Shown one piece after another: positions 24,301-36,477 of a DNA stretch of 64,000 nucleotides; positions within the stretch are counted from its first letter, which is position 1, and every line of letters begins with the position of its first letter. The notes under the pieces were generated by a model, which saw nothing but the letters and a program-made list of their open reading frames with translations, made no database searches and had not been told where the DNA came from. Origin of the DNA: Callorhinchus milii (taxonomy: Eukaryota); the NCBI RefSeq assembly GCF_018977255.1, contig NW_024704743.1, forward strand, positions 110,858,001 to 110,922,000, given 5' to 3'. The position numbers were made by a program, and so were the translations under genes.

Positions 24301-27300
24301 TTTAACGTCAAATGTAAAATTATAGGTACAGACAGTATCACATAACAAAATGTCTTCACAAAATAAATCACAATTCATACACTAATTCTGTTGATCCTAA
24401 TTTATATGCTTAAATATTTCATTCTCATGTTTAAATATTTAAAAACAATTTGCCGTTATTACCATTCAAAGAAAAAAAAGTTAAACCTGTTTCAATAAAC
24501 AAACAGAAATAACTGGGAAAAACATCAGTAGGTGATGCAATCAAGCATTTTGCAGTTTGCACTTGAGAAATTGCCATTATGTGCACATTGGGGCAAGTTA
24601 AAGTCATTCACTCAAACTGCTGTAAACACGCCATCATCACAGGTTTCTTTGGTACTTTATGGTCACGATACATCTAACATTGAAGGAAGATCACTGCCTG
24701 CCATTTGAATGGAAAGTTTTACCTTGATCAGCAGTAGACTGAATTACTGTGCTACTAGATTTAACAGTCATAAGAAACTTACAGTTATCCATATTTAATT
24801 GAACCCACTAATTTACACACTGATCAAAATATGCTAAAACTTTTGAAAATTTAGAGCTGAGGTTAGACATATGACCAGTCATAGGACTTACTCAACTGAC
24901 CTATTATATCATTGAGTTAAAAGGAGAACCAACACATACAGTAGCAATTCCCTTGTATGCCAATGCCACAGCATTTTGGTAAATCAATAACCTGCACGAT
25001 GGTAGGAGATCCACTATACAAAAGTTTCTGATTGGTTTGGGTGGTAGATGTTTAACAGTGAGGATAAATCACCATGGTTGTGCAAGTATAGTATAGCTCT
25101 TGGGGAGTTAGTAAATTGAGTGGTGGGAGGGGAGAGAGAGACTGAGAGAGATAAACCGGAAGGTGGATAGCTATAAATAAAATGGAGAGGATACAACTTG
25201 CTTTAAATTATCTTCAAAATTATTGCAGTTGGGTTGTACAAGTTCAATATGTTCTGTGTGCAGCATATTAAAAAATGGATTGTAGAGGAAGAATTTTAAA
25301 TAAGAGTTGTTTTAACTGAAGATTAAAAGCGGCCCAAATGTTCACAACGTTGAGTTTTGTGATAATTGTTAAAATCAAGCTTAAATAATTTACTATATCA
25401 AGAATTGGCAATGTAATAACACCAATAGTGAAATCCATTTACAACACTCCCATAAAAACAACTGGATTGGTAATATTCAGACAAGATTGCTTACAATGGT
25501 TCTTTTAAGGAATTCATAACATGTTTAAGGTTTCTTCTTAGTGGCAAGTTGTCACCAACCCCAACATGTGTCCAGAAGAAAGAGGAATAGTAGAAACTCT
25601 AGTTCAGGGATTGAGAGTTTCTACTATTCACGCATTTTTCTGCAGTGCCCCATAATACTACGAATAACAAACAAATCTCTCTGTACCAATTAACATCTCT
25701 TGTTGCTCTGCTTACATTTTAGAACCACTGGTTTGTTTTGTGCCAAAATTCCTCTTGTGGCATCATGATGTTCTACTGACCAACAATTCAAATTTAGCCA
25801 CGGATCCCTGACCCAGTTCATGGCATCCGTAGGCAAAACGTAAGGAAGCCACAAAAAAAATGTCCTCTCTCACAATGACTCTGTAAGCATAGAGCAACAA
25901 GAGGGGACTGAGAAATGCTACGGAGTGCAAAGATTTCCTTTATTTCACTTTATGATTATAGAGCAATTTAGTGTTTACAAACATTGCCTTAAAATACTAA
26001 TTCCTTTTCCCTCCTTGCCATGCTACTGTCAATAATAAGATTATTACACCGAAGGTATCCCTCTATCCAATCAAGCAGCTAAGCATACAATGCCTGAATT
26101 AGAGTTTCTACTATTCAGCATATAAATGTCATATTTGAGAGATTTATTAAAGTGAATAAACTACTTCAGCTCCATACCAAGGCAACGTAGTTTATTCAAC
26201 TAAGGTGACATGTATTCCATTCAAAGTGACCAGAAGCTTTCAAGAGAACCTGGCTGTTCCAAGGTGAGTGAGAAGTCAGTTTTCTTTCTGTAATAATTTG
26301 CTGAGATACAACACTCTAGCTGGTTACAAATTACAAATGGTTACACTGTTACAAATCTATTGGATTCCCTATTTAAATTTTGACTTTTTAAAGTGTGGCG
26401 AAGAGAGAAGAAAGATGTTACCCTATTGTTATAAAGGAATTGTTCACCTCCAGTTTGCAAATCACAGCTTTCTATCTGAGCCGCTTTAGGCCTAGGAAAT
26501 TTTCCAAATGGAAAGAAACGAGAGAAAGAAAACAATTATGTTTCTTTGTCACCCATAAAATCAGGAAATAAAATATCCCTGCGGGTTCAACAATTTAGAA
26601 GCTTGTAAAATTATGTGCATATCCACAGCATACTGTGAAACAGAAATTATAATTTTATCCCAGCAGGCTCTCTAGCATACAGATGTTAGCTAAGGAATAC
26701 AACAGCACTGAGCAGCTGTAGATGCAGACACTTTGTTGAAATAAACATCCTACTTTGTGACTTTATAAAAATAAAATGTTTTTCAATCCCTACCTTTCAC
26801 ACCCCAAAATTATAAGCACCGTTAATTAATTAGCAGAGCTCACCTCCTTAAAGTCTACAGAGCAGAAACCCTGTTACAAGACAATTGTATCATTTAGGAT
26901 CAATTCCATTAGCTAGTTATCTGCAAATCATCTGGGTCCATTTTGTATTTCAATTGATTGGGTACCTGTACAACTTGGCTTGCTACTATATTTGGTCAAA
27001 TACACCTTTACTGGCTTTATTTTTCCCCTTTCCATCTTCAAAATTTCTTATGCCATTATTTTTGGATAATCTGGATAATCTGGAAAAAAACTGAATTAGA
27101 ATTTTTTTTAAATAAAAATATGCAAGTAGTAAATTGGAGTCCCAGGCACATACAAAATTATCTGTCATTACAAAACCTAATCCCGATATTCAGACAGACC
27201 AAACTTGCAAACTTTCATTTGCAAAACCACCATAGCTAGATGCATTCTTGCAATGTAGTGTGTGTAAAGAGAATCAGATCCCGAATCCAGGGGGAGGAGT

Positions 27301-28318
27301 GTGCAATTTGCACAAAATGGGTCATTTTTAAAAAGGATGGTAATCTCAATTTCCCTCCAGGATTTCACTCAATTAAACAGATAATCCTACAAATTTGTTC
27401 ATTCCACCCCTGGCTTCTTTGGAAAGAAAAATATATTCATTGCTTTGTGGAAGCCGACTTCAGTTAAACATTGGTGACTAATTTATTCAGTAAGACCAAG
27501 ACTTGCTGCATAACAAGTAAATTACCATTTAGAAGTACATGTCCAACTGTTTCTCAGTTTTCACAAACTGAGTTTATAGCTTGGTCTGTTAACAATTCCA
27601 CACAATGAATTTGTTTTGTTTCAACTCTACAATTAGCAAATATTTCCTTAAGATGCCATTCATTTTTCAATTTACTTCCCCATGAGCCTTAATAAGGTTG
27701 TATGTTGGCATTATGCAAATTTACAGAGCACAAAAATAACTTAAAATTTTAAAAAAGATCTTAGTTACTAGCACCTACAGAATATAGTCAACAGATAGGT
27801 TTCCCTCTCTGGAAGGTTGAGACTTGAAAATGCATAGAAAAAAAAAATCTCTGAAGATTCAGACCCGATTCTTTGAAATAGTTCAAATCCCAAAATTCCC
27901 TCAAACCAAACCTCTATTCCACCAGTCAGTGGGATGCAAATCATCTGCTCCCCCGCTCTCGTGCCAGGTCTCGGTTATTTTACTGTATTTTGTACAGTAG
28001 TTAACTACCTTAATCGTCAACAGAAAAAAATTATAATTTTAATCCCACTTGTTACAGGGAATTGCCCACCACTGACTCTAATACACTTTCTTCATTACAT
28101 ATATGGAACTGCCATTTAGCAGTTCTTACTACAATCACCAAAGCATCAATTATCATCCACCAATGTTCATAGCTACCAGCAAAATATGGAAAATTTAGTG
28201 TTTTGTTACCAATCCATAATCATTGCAATTCAGATAAAATTCATAGGGTCTGTCTATACAGTGCTGAACCACCACAGTTACACTTTGCAATTTTATAATA
28301 CAAGAGCACATCCATCAG
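21400..28318 (-). other. ZBTB10: Putative long 3' UTR of ZBTB10 (distal end not determined)
   Basis: AT-rich stretch directly after the stop, lacking the young SINE/L2 copies seen elsewhere. Several minus-strand AATAAA/AATACA candidates (e.g. ~27020, ~25940, ~23851, ~21422). Confidence 0.5.
25585..26198. repeat. Nested inverted-repeat element (probable old non-autonomous DNA element)
   Basis: Inverted repeats at 25585-25600/25614-25629, 25585-25610/26091-26116, 25697-25716/25882-25903 and 26153-26164/26187-26198. Confidence 0.7.
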
Positions 28319-28672
28319 CTAGTCATTGTCTAATATGACGTATGTCTCACTAGCCCCAGCATCTTCCCACTCATCTCTATCAACTAGCCCTCCATCTTCA
28401 TCTGCAACATCTTCATCTATCATTCTCTCTTCTTCCTGTTCTTGTCCTCCGGATTCTTCTTGTTCTTCCAGTTCCTCTGGTTCTTCCTTAAAAAATTCTG
28501 GATCAACCATCAAGTCCATGCTATCCTGCTCGACTTTTGGTTGTCTCTCACCCCCAGAACAATCCAAACACACGCCATAACGACGAGACCCGTGTCTAAT
28601 TCCCACACTTGCTGCTAAAGTGAAGAACTTTTTACACACCATACACTTGTACTTTTTATCCTTCTTGTGTAC
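28319..28672 (-). CDS. ZBTB10: ZBTB10 last coding exon (end of finger 2, Cys-rich motif, acidic tail, stop)
   Basis: Acceptor TTCTTACTCAG|GTA (phase 0). Encodes [38 protein letters not shown] followed by an E/D-rich tail. TAG at 28319-28321. Confidence 0.95.
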   Translation of the reverse strand, partial: VHKKDKKYKCMVCKKFFTLAASVGIRHGSRRYGVCLDCSGGERQPKVEQDSMDLMVDPEFFKEEPEELEEQEESGGQEQEEERMIDEDVADEDGGLVDRDEWEDAGASETYVILDND

Positions 28673-29095
28673 CTGAGTAAGAACAAAAATAAACAAGCCG
28701 TTAATTATCATGAAATACATTTCTATCAAAACAGAAAATAAACTTGCAATGCGTTCTTTAACAATGAAAAGCTGCTGTTTCTGATTGATAAGCCAGTAGT
28801 TAGAAGTATTTATTGCCATTCCCACCATGACATGATGCCCACCAGTTCTATCGAAAACAGCTTAACTAAAAGGGGAGAGCTGCAGATTCAAAAAAATAGA
28901 AGCAAAGCTGAAATTGTAATCATGTGAGGCACATAACAAAGCCATTTCAGTTATAAAATGCTACACCACATGAGTCGCTATATAAATGCAAGTTGCTGTT
29001 GTTATAAAGCAACTCAGATTCAAATACAATTGTGAAGTAATTTCCAAAAAAATCTTCATCCTGAGAAATATGCTGGGAAACGGCAACATACTTAC

Positions 29096-29271
29096 TAAGG
29101 AATGCCTTTTTACATGTTCTCTTCGTGTGAACAACTTTCCACAGATATCACAAGCAAAAGAGCGGACTCCAGTGTGTATCAGCTGGTGCCTCTTCAGTGT
29201 GCGGCGGTACTTGGCGATGTAATTACAATGAGGGCACTTGAATTTGTTTTGACTACCAGCCAAGGCGTCAC
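29096..29271 (-). CDS. ZBTB10: ZBTB10 coding exon (C2H2 zinc fingers 1-2)
   Basis: Acceptor TCTGTCTGCCAG|GT (phase 1, compatible with exon 2). Encodes [50 protein letters not shown]. Donor TTA|GTAAGT; 176 nt. Confidence 0.95.
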
Positions 29272-29331
29272 CTGGCAGACAGAATACATGCTTTTATAAC
29301 AAAGTTTTCATTTGCTATATGACGCATATGC

Positions 29332-29490
29332 TATATTTCGCCCACAAAGTATACAATACATTCTGTGAATCGCTTTGAGACGTCTCAACAATGTGACAAG
29401 GCACTATATGAAATACTAGAATTATTATTAATAATAACAAAATTATTATTAATAATACTATCATTAATAACAGTAATAATAATATTAATA
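29332..29490 (+). mobile_element. 5'-truncated SINE with an expanded AT-rich tail
   Basis: SINE 3' body just upstream (in gene terms) of the zinc-finger exon acceptor. Confidence 0.65.
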
Positions 29491-32400
29491 AGTCATGGAT
29501 GGCCAAAGACCATTCATCAGGCCCCTCCAGTATGGCATTTCATTCCATCCACCATTGTACTTCAAAGCAATTTGGGTTATTCAAAATGCGTTAGCTATCT
29601 ATTAATTACCCTGTTTATTGGATTAATTCCGAACACTTATACCTCAAGTACATTTTTTCTGGTATGGTTTTAAGATTAATTTTCAATCTACTTGTACTGT
29701 ATTCACTGTGTAATCTGATAAAGAGAGAGTAATATTAAGTACAGTATCATTCTCATGCGACAGATCATACAAATACATTAATATTTATGGTTTAATTTTG
29801 ACTTGCAGCATTTTCACAACTGCTTTATAATAGTTCTGTTATTTTAACGGACAAAGGTTAATTTTTTCCACTTGTTTGAGAATAAAAACTGGTACCCTAA
29901 ATCTGTTAATCTTTTTGCAAATTCTGGATCAACTAGTAACAAAATAGAATTAGAAAAACTAATTCCTGAAAGCATATTCAATGCTCATATAGGAATATAT
30001 ACTCTCTAATGGAAATTAAAACAAAATAATTCTTAGAATAAATACAAACCTTTAAACAAACCACAAAGACAGGTTAAAAAAACAAGCAGCAAAAGATATT
30101 TTTTCCTTAGAGGAGTGGTTTAAAAATTGGACCAGTGCAACTAAAAACTTCAGCTGGAAAACGCTTACCACCGAGCGAATAAACAAGCATTAATCAGAAG
30201 AAAACAGCAGCCCCATTCTCTGTTTTTGCCATTCAAATATTATTATATGCACCTCCTCGAAAGTAAATATGATTGAAAATCATAAAATTTAGTGGAGAAA
30301 TGAATTTCTACCTTTGTGGCAGATCCACATGCAGGGAAAGAAATAGAAGCAACTGCCCGTACCATTTTACATCTCCCAGTAAAACTACTGGGAAGAATCT
30401 CTGCAACTGCCCCACACATATTATGTTGTTTAATTCTGATTTAGGAATTTGGAAGTTGAGAAGGAGGAATTAACTTTAGAGGCACTAAACATCATAACTG
30501 TCTAAATTGAAAACAACCAACAGAAACATTTCAGCAGGCAAATATGTGCCTGAGGGCTCCCTTAGCATAATGTCTTCCTACATAATATGTAGGAACAACA
30601 CATTAAACAGTAGCCTCCAGCTGAAAATGTATCTTGGTGTACAGAAACCATATTGACACAAAAACAAGAAACTTTTTTCATATTGAGAAAGAATTAAGAG
30701 ACATCATCACTGCTATTAACCCTACTTTTGATGCATGGCTATTGAGAGAATATTAGCCAAGGCTCAAATCTTTTGGGTAGCCTGGTTGTGGACAGAACAA
30801 TCACAAGCAGATCACAAAATGATAGCAACCAAAACCAGAAGGGAGATTCTGCTGGTGTCCAGGCCACCAATCCTCCAAATAAAACTGGTCACTCACTTCA
30901 TGGGACATTGCTGTGCACAAGGTAGCTGCTGAGTTTATCTACAACATACAATCGCAACACTTTACAGTGAACCCTAGTAGAGTGCTTTGAAATATCCTCC
31001 TAACTTCTAAATGTTATTATTATTGTTATTATTATCCAGAGAATGATTTAATTATTCAGCAATTTAAATATGCCTGTGGACTTTTATTTGAAAGAACTCA
31101 AGGTGGAAAATGCTACAGAAATGAGATTTGTTTCACAGAGACTGCTAAGATTTATCAGTTTTTGCAGTTTGGATACCCAACTTTTATGTTTCCCAACATG
31201 CAATACTTGTAGAGCAAAACTGTACTCCAATGTGACAATGACAATATTCAAAGGCTATGAAAGCTTCTGAATTACAAATGAGTAAAAGATACAATTGAGG
31301 CTATGCGGTATATAGTGCATACCATGGTCATATTGTACACATTTCCTTTCAATTTTGCATTAAAAATATTGATTTATAACAGGGACACTAAAAGTACAAC
31401 AATGGAGCCCCATTATAACTCAATAGTTGGGATCCATAGGTTCTGACCCATGCTACAATGAGGTTTCACTACGAATGCATGCGGTGGCCAGTTCCTGCAC
31501 TTAAAATAAAAAAAAGCCTACTTCCGGGTCCCCAGGATATACCAACATTTCTTCCTGAGTGCGGCACACGTGCAAAGCAGGAATTGATATCAGTGATGAT
31601 TTGATGACCAGAACGTTGGCTGTATTTACCTTGTGGGAAGCTTTATAAAAAAAAGCCAGCTTTCGGATCACCAGATAAAAATGTAAATCAATGTAAATTG
31701 TACTGGAACAGATATCCACCCACGTCACATCCAGTGCACTGCACATGTGGTGATGACTTAAGAGACCTGGAAAATATCCATTTTAATTCAAGAGAAAGCC
31801 AGCGCATGGGAAGCAAGCAGGCCAGCTGCGTGCATGCGCAGTGAATGGGATCCACATTCTAACCATGTTAGAACTAAATCCACGCTATGTATAACAGGTT
31901 GCACTGTACATATACCACAATCATTGAAGCAGCACTCCCACTGTAATGCTGTAACTTTATATAGCAGTATATGGTTCAAATTTCACAAGATAAAATTATA
32001 ATACCCACCGTTTAACCAGGCTTCTCTATTGTGTGCTTCATGTAACAGCCCAAATCTGTACTGGTCTGAAGTCCCTGCTGTAAACAACAATATGAGATCT
32101 TTATTAGATAACTTCCATACGTACAATTTAAAGATCTTGCACTTTTATTTCTCAAGTTCACCAAATCCATTGTTAACATACAGTTCACCAATACCCTGAT
32201 TGACCCAAACTATGAGTTAGAACTAAGCACATACAATGAATATAGACTCCAGATGTTGGGCCTACAATTACTTGAAGGCTGAAACTCATTCTTTGGATGC
32301 TGCTGGGAATAATTTTCCAGCTCTGCAGAGTTTCATGGTTTAATTAAATTTGGTTGGCACTGGTAATACTCTTTCATGTGTTGCCATTTGATTTGCAAAA

Positions 32401-32654
32401 AAAATCATACTTTTCCAATTATTCAGACTCTTTAATCACAACAATATTGAAGTGCAGGTTTTGGAGCTGCCGGTTAGAATAGGTTACAGTATCACTTCCT
32501 ACAAATTACAGAGGTCATTCAATTGGAAGTAGAATACAGTATTGATAACCACAATATTTTGGCACTCATTGCTCCCCTTTTCCACAATTGTTTTGTTTCA
32601 ACATATAGGTTTCATTGTACTTCTTCCCTCCATCTCCCCCCTCCCTACCCATTA

Positions 32655-32975
32655 GAACAGAGGTTAAGGACCAACCTCATAGAGTTCTTCAAGATTATAG
32701 CCTTAGAAGAATAAATAGTAACTGATTATTCTACAGGTTAGACAGTCGGTAACAAGAGCACTCAAATCTAAGATAATCACAAAAGGAAAAAAGGGGAGGT
32801 CACAAAAAAAGTGGTTGAAAGATGCAACTCGCTGCTACAAATCAAAGTCCATAAATTCTTTTAATTAGATGCTTGATTAGGAATATGAAAGGAAACTGAA
32901 AGCAAGCAGAAGAGTTGGATTAGCTCAAATGGAGAAAAATGCCAACAAAGACTTAATGGAACAAATGGACTGTTA
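32655..32975 (+). mobile_element. Degenerate CR1-like 3' end
   Basis: LEQRLRTNLIEFFKII resembles the RRLRGDLIEVFKI motif, followed by a CR1-like 3' sequence. Confidence 0.6.
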
Positions 32976-33226
32976 CTGCGGTAGAACAGTCCAGAATTCT
33001 AAGATCTTAGGTGGGATGCATAGATCTCTGTTTGGTTTGGATACTCTTAGGCACGGTGATTGGTTTTTGCATGTGTCAGGCACCCGGCTAACCAAAATTA
33101 AAGATTCTATAAATCTAGATATGACCATGCTTCCATGGGAATTAATTGCACTACACTGTGCCATAGACATTCCTGGTACAACCCATTCAAAAAAGTGATC
33201 AATGGGCATAAAGTGATCAATGGGCT

Positions 33227-33548
33227 GGAGTCCTGCAGCTCAGTGGTTAAAGCACTCACTTTGCAAGTGAGACACCTGGGTTCAATACCCAGCAGGGTGA
33301 AACCTTGGGCAAGTTTCCTTACTCCACACGCCTAATAATAACCCCTCAAGAAAAAAAAACAGTAATAAATTGGTCACTTCAATCCACGACTGTTTGTGGG
33401 ACACTGCTGTTTGCAATTGGCTGCCGCGTTTCGCCCACAAAATATACAGTCAATTCACTTTACAGTATATTCTATGAAGCGCTTTGAGACGTCTAGAAGA
33501 CGTGAAAAACGCGATATCAAATTCAAGGATTATTATATTATTATAATA
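33227..33548 (+). mobile_element. Full-length tRNA-derived SINE
   Basis: A/B boxes, body, TAGAA-loop hairpin, tail. Confidence 0.9.
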
Positions 33549-33699
33549 TTAGGAACAAATGGAGTTTCATGGTTCAATTACATTTGGTTTGTGTTGCATC
33601 AGAAATACTTAGGCAACAAACGTTTGTTTACCAGTTTACTCAGTTGTTTAGCATTCCTCGTTTTCTTACACAAGGTTAAGCAACAAATGTTGCATACAA

Positions 33700-33990
33700 C
33701 AACAAATTGCATTTATATAGCACCTTTCACATCGGGAGGATAACCCAAGGCGCTGGACAGCCAAAGGTTTGCACCTGAGTTGGGGGTTTGGAATCAAGAA
33801 GGATGAAGGGCAAGGACAGTGGGAGAATGACTGAAGGCACAATCAAAGAGGAAGGTGTTGAGACAAGCCTTGAAGGAGGCAAGGGATGGGGCGACACAAA
33901 GGGATTCCGAGATGGAAGCAAAAAGGCCAAAGACCAGACTGCCAATGGTGGGACAGGCAGAACGGAGGACAGGCGAGTGCACACCAAGCA
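33700..33990 (-). mobile_element. L2 3'-end fragment
   Basis: Tail hairpin variant and PTIG..F..SLASFKACLNTFLFD. Confidence 0.75.
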
Positions 33991-34759
33991 GAGAGAGGAT
34001 ACAACTAATGACCTTTTAAGCTTCAGGTCATGGTCAAGTGTTCGTTCTCTGCTCTCTTCCCCCTCCCATCCTTAACTGTCTAATAATATCTTATTTTAAG
34101 TCACATCTAAGTCAAGGCTTAGGGTTTGCTTATTGTATGATGCAACATATAACTTTACAAAGAACTTTCAGGAAAATTAAGACAAAAAAAGGAGAAGAAA
34201 TGCAAATTTATACATGGAGGAAGATCATAAAAACAGTAGGGAACATGACAAATATTCTTGCTCGTTATTTCACACTAGACTAAGAAATGATTTCCACAAA
34301 AGCAGTACCAACAATTGGAGAAGGGATTCTCTGACCTATATGCTAAAATCAGCTTGAGGCACAGCTATGCCAAAACATTTATCTTCTGAAGCCATCAGCA
34401 GGAGACAATAATACTAAGTGAAAGCATGTAAGTTGCTCCAGGTAGCTGCCGTGAGAATTACATCAAGGCAAACCCTCCATTTATTGCCCCATGAGGTGAT
34501 ATAGCAATGTCAAAATAGATTCTCATGTTCCCTTATGGCTCCTGACCAGGCAGGGATTAAGGATACATATTCGGTAATCCAAATCAAGGTCCCATTTTGT
34601 GCCAGATTTACCTGATCTTGTATTTCCATAGGAAATAGATGCATAGATTTGCACACAGCCAGTTTACATATCTACCATGCTTAGTTCACATTAAGTATTT
34701 CTTTTAATAATTGTGGAACAGATAAAATAAAAGTGGCATAATTTCTTGAAATATGTGAA

Positions 34760-36477
34760 ATTCAAATGTAATTTAATCATAAAGGATTTAGTTTTAAAAC
34801 TCCCTTATTCATGCATCAAAGATAAAGTGCATCAATCAATGTATAACATTCTCTAATCCTGCTTTGTTGCAGGGTGAGAGATTTAAGCACAAGGAATTTT
34901 AAGAATACAAGAACCTGAAGATTCAAAACAAATCAGATATAAACTTGTACAATACCAACAGTCAAAATCATACAAGTGTATTGAGTGTCAAACCTACTGT
35001 TTGATTAAACAAGTCTTCTTCATACATTAAACCAAAATACGATAGTCACCAAATCAATTTCCCCTCAAAAGGCAGACAACCATCAGTGAGGTGAGAGACA
35101 GCTGCTTCAGTAGGGGCCATAGATACAAACAGGGCAGCAAGGATGGCACATCTTGGGATCAATAAGAAAATATTTGTTCGACTCAGCAATAGGGGCTTTC
35201 AAGAAGGGGACTGTTACAAATGCTGAAAATTTGTATCAGTGAAGGAAGTGAAGTCAACCAGGGCTCTCACGCACCAAGCTATGAAAAGGAAGGCCTTGGG
35301 AGTGTCATATCTAGCATACCATCTGCAACAGAAAGTCCCGTCAATCCAGGAACAAGAAGTGGAGCAGTGCTCAGAATGACGCAGTCCAAAATATGGATGC
35401 AACTCATCAGTAGGAAGACAATATCATTAAATGCACAGAAACTACACATGAACTTACAATTGCACATCAAAAGCTATTGGTTAACTGCTCTGGCTCCTCT
35501 AGCGGAACATTTTCTTAACCTTTTTACTCTAATAACTTTTAGGTATCTATTGTCAAAGACTAGCTCTGATGCAGAGTCAATCCAGCTGGACCCTCTGCTG
35601 TAGTTGTCCATATTTGCTCCAGACCTATTGTTTGAACAGCCAGCTGGATGCAATTCAACACTGATTTATATGCTGTGGGAACAGAATAAATTGAACCTCC
35701 AGTAAATTCTGCAGGGCTCTTCAATCCTAATGTGAAAGTACACATCCTGAATTCTACAGCTACTGTTCTCTGAGAAGCAATACTGAATTATTAACAAGAA
35801 TATTACAACCATGAACATTTCCTTTTAAGAATGATGTTGAGTTCCAAAACACCTTGAAATCTTTCAAAAATGCTATTCAGGGTGGTAAACCCTGAATTTT
35901 CCAAACCGAAGATTACTGTGCTGCAGCCCAGAAAAGCAATAACTTAAAATAGCCAACCAGTTGTGCATCAAATATGCAGTCCTGAGAACATCCTTCAAAT
36001 GTTGTTGGAACCCACATAAAGAGCACAGCACATCAGTAGTCTGCCTCATGTAGACATTGATGAGAGCTTTTACTTGTCTGCAAAATTCTTTAATTCAGTA
36101 TGATGTTCTTCAGTACGATGAATGCTTCAACTGAGAGTCGTTGTGAAGTGAGAACGCAGATAATAGTTGAGGCTACTTGTTCAAGGTCATTTATATTGAA
36201 CATTTTCAAATACAGTTGGAATAAAGTCTGCTATGGCACAAAGCAGCTCAATCTGCCTTGTAAAGCATTAAAGTTAATCATGGCACTGGATACTTGAATG
36301 TTACAGCCTGAGGAGGAGGCAGAGATAAGCTCAAAATAACCGTAAGTTTGTGACAATTCTGAAAGTCTTCTAAAGTAATTTTTTTATCAGCAAATAGGAC
36401 TTTCCCAGTATATGGACGTTTAAGAATTTTTTCATCAGGTTCACATGAAAAACTGATAACTTTCAGCCTAAATGTGT
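34760..36477 (-). pseudogene. Decayed hAT-superfamily transposase-like coding remnant (ZNF862/C17orf113-like) in ZBTB10 intron 2
   Basis: Manual minus-strand translation across stops and frameshifts gives motif-like segments in hAT order: VLFADKKITLEDF; ALINVYMR; IAFLGCSTVIFGLENSGFTTL; LKRKCSWL; LEQIW; LKVIRVKRLRKCSARGARAV; HILDCVILS..GLSVADG; FLIDPKMC; YG..EAAVSHL; PATKQD*RML. By-eye similarity only. Confidence 0.55.

Noticed and set aside
28673..28828. N-terminal extension of ORF 28319-28828
   Set aside because: Intronic; ZBTB10 similarity starts at the acceptor at 28672.
31470..31860. Cluster of ETS, E-box, CRE and NRF1-like words, and a TGATGA box (possible enhancer or snoRNA)
   Set aside because: Short motifs expected by chance. 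The C box is antisense to the host gene and has no terminal stem.
35220..35603. 127-aa plus-strand ORF
   Set aside because: No recognisable motifs; better explained as the antisense shadow of the minus-strand transposase-like remnant.
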